From the NCBI GenBank assembly GCA_947632435.1, contig CANRPC010000003.1, forward strand, positions 5,326 through 69,325: a DNA stretch of 64,000 bases, in the 5' to 3' direction. Numbering within the stretch: the stretch's first letter is position 1; each line of letters starts with the position of its first letter. The notes under the pieces are model-generated. The model saw only the letters and a program-made list of their open reading frames with translations, was not told where the DNA came from and did not search any database. This DNA comes from an uncultured Bacilli bacterium (lineage in GTDB: Bacteria; Bacillota_I; Bacilli_A; RFN20; CAG-449). Of the stretch, positions 29,387-38,196 are shown in pieces. Made by a program: the position numbers and the translations under genes.

Positions 29387-30915
29387 GACTTAGATTTAGC
29401 AATGACTTTATAAAGAGCGTATACGATGATAACTCCTCCAAGAGTTCCCATGATGATAAGTGGAACTTTTAATGGACTTGTTTTTTTAGTTGTTTCTGAA
29501 GAATCCTCAAAGGGATTTTTACCAAGTTTAGCCACGACTTCTTCGACAAGAGTTGTGTAGGATTTTGTCGCATTTTCAGATGTGGCTGTCACTCCTTCAA
29601 TCGTTACTTCTAAACGTGGTGAAATTGTTGAAGCGTCATAGTAATTGATTTTCCCTGCTAAATATTCACTATTTTCAATTTGTGAATACATCGCTAAACC
29701 TTTCACTCTTTGATCTAAATAATAAGATGTTTCAAGGGTTGCAGCGGATTCGTTAATTTGAATGGAAGAATAACTGCGAGTTTCTAACTTATGCAGATAG
29801 ACTTCTTTATAGTTAATATAATTAGCGGTGACAAAATAAGCATATTCATCCATGTGGATAAGGCGATTGGCATAAAAATGTTTCATGTGGCTCGCAGCTA
29901 GATTATTACTATAATAGTAAATTTCATCAACGTTGACGATTTCGGCATTAAAATCCGTAAAGGAAATGCTTGAACTTGTATTGATTTTTGAAAAATCATA
30001 GATGGCTTTTGTCACGTATTTTCCAACATACCCAAATAAAGTAGTTGTGCTTGAATTAAAGGTACTCGTAAGGTAATACATTCCCCCATATTCATATGTT
30101 TTATTGATTGTCGGATTTTCTACCAGTGCTTCTTGATTAGATACATAGTATAAATCTGGAATTACACAGGTTTTATCATCGTAGTAAGCATTTTGGAAAA
30201 TCGAATCGATATGCTTTTGAGCGAGTAATTTATCCCTTTCTGCACAAACGATATTGATTTTATGATCAAAGATACTTGGATCAAAATAGGATTTTAATGA
30301 CCAAAATGCTGTTGAATTAAAACGCGGCAGAATATAAATGTTTTTTAATTTTGTCGGTAAGGTATTTGCTAGGCGAATTTCATTGGTCAAGAATACAATG
30401 TTTTCTACTTCGGGAAATCTAAAAATATAAGATAAATATGTGTAATCATAAATTAATAGAGTTTTTGCCGAAGTAAATTGCGTGTATGGTTGATTATTGT
30501 TTCGCGTCTCACTTGTTTCATCACTTGCACGTACTGGCCCTAGATAGACCGTTTCCACTGTCGCACAATTGGAGGCTGGTCCTGCTAGAGTTGGTTGCGA
30601 ATATACTCCTCCTGACAATGTTCTTGTATAATGAAGCCCGGTGATATCAAAAGATTCGGTATTTCGATAAATATCAAAATCCGGAAGGCTGATACTTGTC
30701 GGTAACCCTAAACTTTTTAATGACGTCTTAGTTTTATTTCCAGGTACTAAGTAATCTGGAACATTAAGAACTTGATATTTATCTAGAGGGTCTGATACTT
30801 TTTTCACTTCGTGAGAAATAGTGAGATTCGTTGAATTTTGTGTAGGAACATTCTTGGTAACATTACCAAGAAGTAACATCATACATGTCGTAAATAATAA
30901 ATAAAGTTTTTTCAT
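29371..30915 (-). CDS. surface protein: signal peptide + C-terminal TM anchor + basic tail
   Basis: The N-terminus is MKKLYLLFTTCMMLLLGNV. The C-terminus is PLIIMGTLGGVIIVYALYKVIAKSKSWLKD. Confidence 0.5.
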   Translation of the reverse strand: MKKLYLLFTTCMMLLLGNVTKNVPTQNSTNLTISHEVKKVSDPLDKYQVLNVPDYLVPGNKTKTSLKSLGLPTSISLPDFDIYRNTESFDITGLHYTRTLSGGVYSQPTLAGPASNCATVETVYLGPVRASDETSETRNNNQPYTQFTSAKTLLIYDYTYLSYIFRFPEVENIVFLTNEIRLANTLPTKLKNIYILPRFNSTAFWSLKSYFDPSIFDHKINIVCAERDKLLAQKHIDSIFQNAYYDDKTCVIPDLYYVSNQEALVENPTINKTYEYGGMYYLTSTFNSSTTTLFGYVGKYVTKAIYDFSKINTSSSISFTDFNAEIVNVDEIYYYSNNLAASHMKHFYANRLIHMDEYAYFVTANYINYKEVYLHKLETRSYSSIQINESAATLETSYYLDQRVKGLAMYSQIENSEYLAGKINYYDASTISPRLEVTIEGVTATSENATKSYTTLVEEVVAKLGKNPFEDSSETTKKTSPLKVPLIIMGTLGGVIIVYALYKVIAKSKSWLKD

Positions 30916-30974
30916 CGTTTTCTCCTTTCATTGATGAAGAAATGCTTTGAGAATTGCTCCTCAAAGCATGGATT

Positions 30975-31598
30975 TTATTTACAGCATTTTTTAAAGATTT
31001 TCTTAAATAAGAGATAAAGACCATAAAGGATCAAAACAAGAAAAATCGTTCCAGTTACAATTAAAATGGTTTGGGAAACCTTATTTTCTAACATGGAAGA
31101 AAATATCGTCTTTTCTTTTAATTCCTCGATTGGCTTTATTTTTTCGTCATTAGCAATGAGCTTGTTATAGTCTTCAATTGCTTTAATTAAGACCTTTTTA
31201 TTTGTAACTAGTTTTTGTTGATCGCGAGTTAATCCTTCAAAGGCCTTTTTGGCTTCAACAATAGCGTCTCTAGACGTTGTAGATATCTCTCCAAGATTTT
31301 CAATGAAAGCGATGACTTTATCCGCTTCTGCTTGATCTAGATTAGTTTGATTATCTTGAGCAGTTTCTTGAGAATTTAATAGTTTAGGCTTATTTTGATT
31401 TGCTTTTGCTGGGGTTAAATTTTCTACATAGATAATTTCCCCTACTTCGTTTGAATCTTGACTATGATAAACTGCTTGATATGGAGTGACTTCCTTTGCA
31501 TAAGGAACACTGGAATTTAAAGTTGTCGTCATTCCAAGTCCTAATGCTAGAAATGATAATGCAAGAATTAGTTTTGTTTTCATATTTTTTCCTTTCAT
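30975..31598 (-). CDS. surface protein: signal peptide + C-terminal TM anchor + basic tail
   Basis: Signal peptide MKTKLILALSFLALGLGM. The start is ATG 31598 (overlapping the upstream TGA) or ATG 31583 after AAAGGA. The C-terminus is ILIVTGTIFLVLILYGLYLLFKKIFKKCCK. Confidence 0.5.
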   Translation of the reverse strand: MKGKNMKTKLILALSFLALGLGMTTTLNSSVPYAKEVTPYQAVYHSQDSNEVGEIIYVENLTPAKANQNKPKLLNSQETAQDNQTNLDQAEADKVIAFIENLGEISTTSRDAIVEAKKAFEGLTRDQQKLVTNKKVLIKAIEDYNKLIANDEKIKPIEELKEKTIFSSMLENKVSQTILIVTGTIFLVLILYGLYLLFKKIFKKCCK

Positions 31599-33187
31599 TC
31601 TTTTTTTGCTACTTTTTTGATAAGGATGTAGACCTTATAAATGACATAGATTAATAATATTGAGCCAGCAACACCAATCACGACATAGAATGTTGTTTTT
31701 AATTTGGGTGTAGCTGTTGAGATATTATCTTTCACATCTTCCACAGTTTCTTTAAACTGCCAATAAGATGAGTTGACATCCGAGATGACCTTCGGATCAA
31801 AGATAGATAAGGTGTTTCCATCAATACAGTCCATTTGAATTTCACAGTTTAGGACTTGTCCTCGATATAGAAAGTTCATACGTAAAATTTTAAAATTATG
31901 GACATTCGTGTATTTTGATTCATCCGGTCCACCTTTGAAAATATTCCAGCCATCGGCGTCATAATTGAGAAATAATTGGTATTGGTACGTCTTTCCCTCT
32001 TTTTCGTTGGAGCGGAATGTTCCTTTTTTAACTCCTTGATAAGTGGATAGACCTAGAAAGCCACCTGAAGCAGTTTTTGGTGTTAAAGATTTAGCCACAT
32101 CCATACTGCCACTTGCGGCGATAAAGTTGTACCAAGGCTTTTGATCACTTGCTAGAGAGTAGTTGACATCCACGCGATATATATCATCGAGATTTAAGTC
32201 GGTATTGAAGTAAACAGCATGCTCATAGCCACCGAAATTCAAGGAAAAGACCGATTGACATTCAATGTCTGTAATTTCTACATAACAATGCGTCATCGAC
32301 TGGATCATCGCATTCTTTTGATATAAACATGATTCATTAAATTGAAATTGCTTCTGATCATTAGAAACGATTTTATATTCGGTGCCAAGTTCTGTGTCTT
32401 CTTTTCCATACTCCACTCCAAAATAGAAAGGATCGAGATTGGAACTGAAACCAGAAACTTTAAAGATTGTACTTTCTAGTCCTGGTCCGTAAGAGAATAA
32501 TTGATTATCTTGCTTACAGAAGCAAAAACCTGCAATGGGCGTCATATTGAGTTGTAAATTGATTTCAGGATAGCAATCAAATGTTGTCGTTTCAAACAAG
32601 GGGTCTCCGTTTAAATGTTGACATTTTCCCGTGATTTCCTGTTGTTTATAGGTGACATCATTGAGTGTAATTGATTGCAGATTATATCCTTCAATCGGCA
32701 GATATTCACTGCTCCAGATGAAGTTTAACTGCGTTCCATCAAAATACATTCCCACAGCTTGGTTTCTGGATAAAGATTCGATTGGCACTTTCAAGTTTTT
32801 ATTGAAGTTGACCCAGAATTTTTGATCATCTTCATACATAGACATCTTGCTTTTGATTTGTGCCTCGGTGTATCCTTTCCAGAGATTAGATAGTTCTGTA
32901 TATTGCTTGAACTTGTAGTAAGGGATTTGATAATAAGGCGATTTATAGTATTTTAAATGGAATGATGAAAGTGTGCCATTTTCCACAAGTGTTTCTACTT
33001 CGCCGCAGATATCTTCAAATAAGTGATGAGTACCTGTTGTAGGCGCAGCAGCATACTTTATTTCTTCTTTTAATCCCTTAGGAACGTCCATCGGTATGGC
33101 TTTATTAGAACTGTCTGGTGGTTTAAAACTGGTGAGAAAGACCATCGCAAGTGAGGTGATAAGAAAGACAAATTTCTTTCCAAACAT
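31595..33187 (-). CDS. surface protein: signal peptide + C-terminal TM anchor + basic tail
   Basis: The N-terminus is MFGKKFVFLITSLAMVFLTSF. The C-terminus is FYVVIGVAGSILLIYVIYKVYILIKKVAKKE. Confidence 0.5.
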   Translation of the reverse strand: MFGKKFVFLITSLAMVFLTSFKPPDSSNKAIPMDVPKGLKEEIKYAAAPTTGTHHLFEDICGEVETLVENGTLSSFHLKYYKSPYYQIPYYKFKQYTELSNLWKGYTEAQIKSKMSMYEDDQKFWVNFNKNLKVPIESLSRNQAVGMYFDGTQLNFIWSSEYLPIEGYNLQSITLNDVTYKQQEITGKCQHLNGDPLFETTTFDCYPEINLQLNMTPIAGFCFCKQDNQLFSYGPGLESTIFKVSGFSSNLDPFYFGVEYGKEDTELGTEYKIVSNDQKQFQFNESCLYQKNAMIQSMTHCYVEITDIECQSVFSLNFGGYEHAVYFNTDLNLDDIYRVDVNYSLASDQKPWYNFIAASGSMDVAKSLTPKTASGGFLGLSTYQGVKKGTFRSNEKEGKTYQYQLFLNYDADGWNIFKGGPDESKYTNVHNFKILRMNFLYRGQVLNCEIQMDCIDGNTLSIFDPKVISDVNSSYWQFKETVEDVKDNISTATPKLKTTFYVVIGVAGSILLIYVIYKVYILIKKVAKKE

Positions 33188-33198
33188 AGTTTCACCTC

Positions 33199-33672
33199 TT
33201 ACTCTTTTTTCGCTTTTGGTTTTACTTCTGCTTGAAAGTCAATTGGTTCATCAAGGATGAAATCCGGATCTTCTTCAAATTCATATCCTAAATCCATAAA
33301 TTGAAGATTTTTGATTTGAGATGGTGATAAATAACAGGTTCGAGTGAGGTCATCAAGTAATTTCACTCTAACAAAGTAATACTTGTCATCACTATCTCTA
33401 TAACGACCAATGCCTATTTCCGCGGGTACATTGTTAAAGCGGAAGGATTTCTTGGTGTTGATGAGTGAACCTTTTCCTTTGGAGTTTAATAGGTATTGAA
33501 CGTCTCCAAGGGTTAACGCTCTAGTAGGTGTTAATTCTAGATTATTAAAATTTTGTGAAAAGGATTGCTCGGCCTTAATTTTGTTTTCTAACACGACAGT
33601 TAGGTTGAATCTGGGGTCTTGTCCTTTTCTTGTTACTACGGTGAGTAATGCGACTACATTGACTTGTTTCAT
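33199..33672 (-). CDS. hypothetical soluble protein (157 aa)
   Basis: GGAAGGAG RBS. It is the second gene of the long minus-strand operon. No motif recognised; a role as an ssDNA-binding protein is speculation only. Confidence 0.4.
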   Translation of the reverse strand: MKQVNVVALLTVVTRKGQDPRFNLTVVLENKIKAEQSFSQNFNNLELTPTRALTLGDVQYLLNSKGKGSLINTKKSFRFNNVPAEIGIGRYRDSDDKYYFVRVKLLDDLTRTCYLSPSQIKNLQFMDLGYEFEEDPDFILDEPIDFQAEVKPKAKKE

Positions 33673-33772
33673 AAAGTCTCCTTCCTAATAGGACAAAAAG
33701 ACCAAGTGATTCTTTTTTGTTCGTGGATTCCTAAACGCGTTGAACATGAAAAGAATTTCTTGGTCAGAAAGT

Positions 33773-33904
33773 TTAGATCGTTATCTTTCCTTTTAAAATC
33801 TTTCTTAATATGCGATAAAAATCGCTGTACTTTCCCTCAATGGTGATTTTCAAGTCTTTTTGTTTAATGATGATTTTAAAAGTTTCTTGATTTGCTTTTT
33901 GCAT
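33773..33904 (-). CDS. possible small ORF (43 aa) at the head of the operon
   Basis: Below the track cutoff. GGAAGGA RBS precedes ATG 33904. Hand translation gives MQKANQETFKIIIKQKDLKITIEGKYSDFYRILRKILKGKITI. Confidence 0.3.
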   Translation of the reverse strand: MQKANQETFKIIIKQKDLKITIEGKYSDFYRILRKILKGKITI

Positions 33905-33998
33905 GAATCTTTTCCTTCCTATCATTAGTTGTCCTTTCCTAATGACAAACTAAGTATCTAGGTTGGAATGGTGCAGTAGACGCATATAAAAAATAAAA

Positions 33999-34040
33999 AA
34001 GCATTTTTGACAAATGAATTTTCACCTATCAAAAATGCTT
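33999..34040 (-). terminator. hairpin + T-run downstream of the RHS/immunity unit
   Basis: 12-bp perfect arms aagcatttttga / tcaaaaatgctt with an 18-nt loop. TTTTTTATTTTTT follows on the minus strand. Confidence 0.4.
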
Positions 34041-34186
34041 CAGATAATTAATGAATTTATTTAGCAATAAAAATATGTATAGATTTATTGTATCAATTTA
34101 ACTATTAACATTTCAGTAAATTATATATTGTCAAAAGATTATAAAACCCTCAATTTTACTAAATGAATCTAATCAGCCTATTAATC

Positions 34187-34588
34187 TTATAAATTTTTAT
34201 TGCTTTTTCTTTCAAGGATAAAACCTGTAGCCATACTGAATATTAAATACGGAATTATTGTAGCGATAGTTACTATAGTAGCAATTTTTGTTTGTGCTAA
34301 TATAATTAAAACAATATTAGTAATAAATAGCAAAATAAGATAAATCAAACTAATTGTTTGAAACCAAAAACCGAAAATAGTAATTGAATTATTTTTTCCT
34401 TTTGCTTGGCCCTTATATAAAAACCAATACCATTTCTTCTCTAATTTTTTAATTTGCTTATTTGAAAATGTTTTTAATGTTAAACTTTGATAGTGAAATC
34501 CTTTACCACGCCATAATGACATAGGGATACCTAATAAAAGTGCTACTAATAATGTAATTATACATGAGGTAATATCACCAAATTCCAT
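34187..34588 (-). CDS. polytopic membrane protein, putative immunity protein for the RHS toxin
   Basis: AAGGAG RBS precedes ATG 34588, 14 nt after the RHS stop. It has about four hydrophobic helices. Immunity is inferred from position. Confidence 0.5.
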   Translation of the reverse strand: MEFGDITSCIITLLVALLLGIPMSLWRGKGFHYQSLTLKTFSNKQIKKLEKKWYWFLYKGQAKGKNNSITIFGFWFQTISLIYLILLFITNIVLIILAQTKIATIVTIATIIPYLIFSMATGFILERKSNKNL

Positions 34589-34601
34589 TAATTTTATCTC
34601 C

Positions 34602-37481
34602 TTAATTCCACAAAATAGTTGTAATCGCACTATATAATGATGAACCTAATGCAAGCCAGTTCATTGAACCTTGAAATGAACTCCAATATACATTTGCATA
34701 AGCACTAAATAATTTATTCATAGCTTTTGTAAATGCTCCTTGTGCAGAACTCGCACTTTTGTACCCACCATTTGCAAATTTACTTATTACTTTACCAAGA
34801 GAAGATTCAGCCTTTTTTACACTATCTACATTGTAATGAGACTTGTGCCTTGCTCCAGCTCCTCCTTTGTAACTAGCTACTGCTCCAATAATTGTTCCTA
34901 AAACAATTTTTCCTATATCAAGTTCAGAAAAAGATTTACCTTCAATCAATTGAGATCCAGCACTTGAAATAAATCCAGTAAATCCACCAATTGCTGTAGA
35001 AACAGCCCGGCTTAATCCAGAGGCTCCTACTAAACCTGAAATTGCTCCCATTCCTATATCAAGTGCAAATTGTCCCCAATTTAGTTCACCTGAAATAGCA
35101 CTAGAAACTAATGAGATTCCCCCACTTATAGCTGCTCCAGTAAGAGCTCCTGCCAATAATCCTCCAGATAGTACTGTTGCAGCAACTGCTCCAACAACTA
35201 ATACTCCTACAACTAAAGTAGCAAGAACCCAATCCCACCAAGCCATTCCTGATGGATCTACTCTCATCACCGGATTATCACCACAATACATATAAAGATT
35301 TAATCCATTAATTTGACCTCTAGTTTCATCTAAGATGGATAATGTATCAGGTGAAATGAATCTTCCTAACTCTGGATCATAATATCTACTATTTAAGTAA
35401 TATAATTGTGTTTCATCATCAAAGAAATACCCCCTGTATCTAAATGGATTTAGGCTAGCAATTTCGTCTACATCTTGCGTTATGATGTGATTTCCATATC
35501 CATCATAAGCATATCCCCCTACAAAGTTTCCATTGTCATCAAAGATTCCAATAATATCTCCTTGGATATTTCTTTGATATATGTACTCTTTTGAACTGCT
35601 ACCATCATTATAATTGAAGCCAACTAATTTGTTCAAGATATATCGGAATATCATGACTTTATTTTCTTGCTTCATCGCTAGGATTTGACTTCCATTTGTA
35701 ATGAATGTTGTTTCTACTCCATTAACTATCTTCTTTCTTCTAATACCATTTGTATCATATTGATACTCAATCTCATCTCCATTTTGATTAAGAATATATG
35801 TTAAATGATTTTGATTGTTCCATTCAAACTCATCATCTTTATATGTCGTTGGTCTTCCCATTTTATCATACTCTAATGATTTGCCATTAAAGGAAATTAA
35901 GCGGTCTCTCTTTTCACAATCATAAACATATTCATCAACATTTGGAGAGTAGAGATTATCATTAAGAGAATAGTCATATGTTTTCTTTAAAAGAATATTT
36001 CCTGCTTTATCATATTTATAGACAATAGTTTTATTAAGCAATGAATTATCTTCTCTTATTAAACGATTTAAACTATCGTAATGATATCTTGTCTTATCTT
36101 CATCTTGTTCAACTGAGATAATATTACCATTTACATCATACTCATATGTTGATGTTTCAGTTAAATATGTGGTTTGACTACCATTTTGTACTTTTACTTT
36201 AGTAATATCTTCTGCGACTAAATTCAAAGTATTTTCATCTTGTTGTAGATAAGAATACTCATGACAAATATCAACTTTATTAGCATTTAAGTTTTGATGT
36301 TTTACTCTACCTAAGGCATCATAATCAAAACTCATTTCTGCGACTGGTAAGAAACTATCCTCAGAATCATCTCTAACAATTCCTTCTCTTAATTGAATAG
36401 ATTTTAAGCGATTATCTTTATCATAACTATTTTTAGTGTTTAAACGATATTCATCTTCACTTAAGATAACATCGCTATCACTAATGAAACGATGATAAGT
36501 ATCATAATGATCTTCTAAGATAAAAGAAGAAACGCCATTTACTTTCTTTTCTTTTTTAATAACTGTATCCCATTCATCAATTGTATTGATGACTTCTTCT
36601 TTATAAATTTCATTGGTGTCTCGGCTTGTCATTTGAGAAATGACAGATGCCACTTGATCCTTATCGTTATAAGACCACTTAGTCGCCCCAAAAGAATCAT
36701 CACCAGAGTATTTTCTTAATAATTCTTTATCATCTGCATCAAAATAACTTTCTACAAATAATCCATCTAGGCTAGTAGATGTTACATGTTTTCTGCTTCT
36801 ATCAACTTTGACATTTGTGAAAGGATCAGTAAATCCATATGTATAATGATCTTCAAAGGTATTCCATAAAACATCTTCCCCGTTTAGTGATACTTTTGTT
36901 TTTCTACCTTGTCCGTCATATTGATAATCAACTTTTACTCCATGATGAGACAATGAAGTTAATAAGCCATAGTTATAAGTAAAGGATGTAGAGTTATTTA
37001 TTCCCTTCGCTGATGAAGAAACACTAAGCAAATCACCAGTATTTTGATCATATTGATAGCAAGTACTTTCTCCATTTACTCCTCTTACTCTACTTTGAAT
37101 GTTTGTTCCTGGTAAATAAGTAACTTCTTCATTTGGATAATTACCATTTATATCTTTAATTTTTCCTTGTGAAGATACCATATTACCATGTTCATCATAA
37201 TTAGCCTTTTCAACTTGCATTAAAGAAGCATCTTTTTTGTTATAGGCTCTCTTTTCAATACAATTTCCTTTATCATCATAGAAACATTCAATAACATTTT
37301 GCTTACTATCTTCTACATATGTTAATTGATCTTTTGCATCATACTGATAAGTCGTAGTAACTACTTCTCCATAAATATTACTTTCTTCTTTTATTAATGG
37401 AACATCTTTCTCATTAAACTCCAGATACTTAATTGTCGAATAACCATCTTGTTCTTGGATAAGACGTTCTTTATTATCATA
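34602..37481 (-). CDS. RHS/YD-repeat toxin, 5-prime truncated, with Gly-zipper hydrophobic C-terminal toxin domain
   Basis: Many YD repeats (YDxxGN, YDxxxRL). The core end is RYYDPELGRFISPD ... NPVMRVDPSG. The frame is open without a start from 37481 down to the first ATG at 37220, with an in-frame TAG at 37482-37484. No signal peptide or secretion domain is present. Confidence 0.85.
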   Translation of the reverse strand, partial: YDNKERLIQEQDGYSTIKYLEFNEKDVPLIKEESNIYGEVVTTTYQYDAKDQLTYVEDSKQNVIECFYDDKGNCIEKRAYNKKDASLMQVEKANYDEHGNMVSSQGKIKDINGNYPNEEVTYLPGTNIQSRVRGVNGESTCYQYDQNTGDLLSVSSSAKGINNSTSFTYNYGLLTSLSHHGVKVDYQYDGQGRKTKVSLNGEDVLWNTFEDHYTYGFTDPFTNVKVDRSRKHVTSTSLDGLFVESYFDADDKELLRKYSGDDSFGATKWSYNDKDQVASVISQMTSRDTNEIYKEEVINTIDEWDTVIKKEKKVNGVSSFILEDHYDTYHRFISDSDVILSEDEYRLNTKNSYDKDNRLKSIQLREGIVRDDSEDSFLPVAEMSFDYDALGRVKHQNLNANKVDICHEYSYLQQDENTLNLVAEDITKVKVQNGSQTTYLTETSTYEYDVNGNIISVEQDEDKTRYHYDSLNRLIREDNSLLNKTIVYKYDKAGNILLKKTYDYSLNDNLYSPNVDEYVYDCEKRDRLISFNGKSLEYDKMGRPTTYKDDEFEWNNQNHLTYILNQNGDEIEYQYDTNGIRRKKIVNGVETTFITNGSQILAMKQENKVMIFRYILNKLVGFNYNDGSSSKEYIYQRNIQGDIIGIFDDNGNFVGGYAYDGYGNHIITQDVDEIASLNPFRYRGYFFDDETQLYYLNSRYYDPELGRFISPDTLSILDETRGQINGLNLYMYCGDNPVMRVDPSGMAWWDWVLATLVVGVLVVGAVAATVLSGGLLAGALTGAAISGGISLVSSAISGELNWGQFALDIGMGAISGLVGASGLSRAVSTAIGGFTGFISSAGSQLIEGKSFSELDIGKIVLGTIIGAVASYKGGAGARHKSHYNVDSVKKAESSLGKVISKFANGGYKSASSAQGAFTKAMNKLFSAYANVYWSSFQGSMNWLALGSSLYSAITTILWN

Positions 37482-37505
37482 CTATTCTATCACGGAGGTT
37501 TTATT

Positions 37506-38105
37506 ATGATTTATGGTTATGTTCGTGTTTCATCAATTACACAAAATATTGATAGGCAAATAGAAGAGATGAAAGAAAAGAATATTGATAATAAACATAT
37601 ATTTGTCGATTATCAGTCTGGAAAAAATTTTCAAAGACAAGAATATCAGATTATGAAGAAGAAATTAAAAAAAGATGATTTACTTTATATTAAATCAATT
37701 GATAGACTTGGAAGAGATTATCAAATGATTATAAATGAATGGGCAGATTTAACAAAAAATATAGGAATTAATATTGTCGTAATTGATATGCCTTTATTGG
37801 ACACTCGGATTGATGAAAAAAGTCTTGTTGGAACTTTTATTGCTGACATTGTGTTACAAATTCTTTCTTTTGTAGCTCAAAATGAAAGAGAGAATATAAA
37901 ACAGCGTCAAGCCGAAGGAATAAGAATCGCAAAAGCAAAAGGCATTCATTTTGGAAGAAAAGCTATTAAACTTCCAGATAATTTTGAACAAACTGTAAAA
38001 TCATATATGACACATAAAATTTCTTTTATGGAAGCATTAACTATTTTAAAAATATCAAGAGCTACATTTTATAAATATTCAAAGAGCATTAGGAATAAGA
38101 AATAA
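37506..38105 (+). CDS. small serine recombinase (resolvase/invertase family)
   Basis: GGAGG RBS precedes ATG 37506. MIYGYVRVSSITQNIDRQ holds the catalytic Ser, followed by DRLGRD and the C-terminal HTH ISRATFYKY. About 199 aa. Confidence 0.85.
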   Translation: MIYGYVRVSSITQNIDRQIEEMKEKNIDNKHIFVDYQSGKNFQRQEYQIMKKKLKKDDLLYIKSIDRLGRDYQMIINEWADLTKNIGINIVVIDMPLLDTRIDEKSLVGTFIADIVLQILSFVAQNERENIKQRQAEGIRIAKAKGIHFGRKAIKLPDNFEQTVKSYMTHKISFMEALTILKISRATFYKYSKSIRNKK

Positions 38106-38144
38106 AATTCTATACATGATAAATCTACATCATCCTTAGTGATT

Positions 38145-38196
38145 TTGACGCTCTATTTCCGGGTTCATGGGCCCTGAAGCAAGTGTCTATGTTTAT
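38145..38196. other. attR (element arm 38145-38169, GG core 38170-38171, host arm 38172-38196)
   Basis: The element arm ttgacgctctatttccgggttcatg is the inverted partner of the attL element arm. The host arm continues the SBP frame as (G)PEASVYVY. Confidence 0.6.

Larger units (their letters stand above)
9590..38171. mobile_element. ~28.6 kb integrated element (serine-recombinase type; IME/ICE-like or prophage-like) inserted in the SBP gene
   Basis: Both halves of one SBP gene flank it. It carries three serine recombinases, a Rep_trans initiator, a helicase, defence-like and toxin cargo, and an internal GC-richer module. Its ends form a 52-bp attP-like palindrome when joined. Confidence 0.75.

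Noticed and set aside
37449-37478. hix/gix-like invertase crossover site (TTCTTGGATAAGACGTTCTTTATTATC) just upstream of the invertase gene.
   Set aside because: It shares TTCTTG and GATAA with Hin/Gin sites, but the two halves are not convincingly symmetric and no inverted second copy was found in the window.
9590-38171. Classical T4SS-type ICE or tailed prophage.
   Set aside because: There are no VirB4- or VirD4-size ATPases, no cell-wall hydrolase, and no terminase/portal/capsid/tail-like ORFs. Only a Rep_trans gene, a helicase and one membrane ATPase are present.
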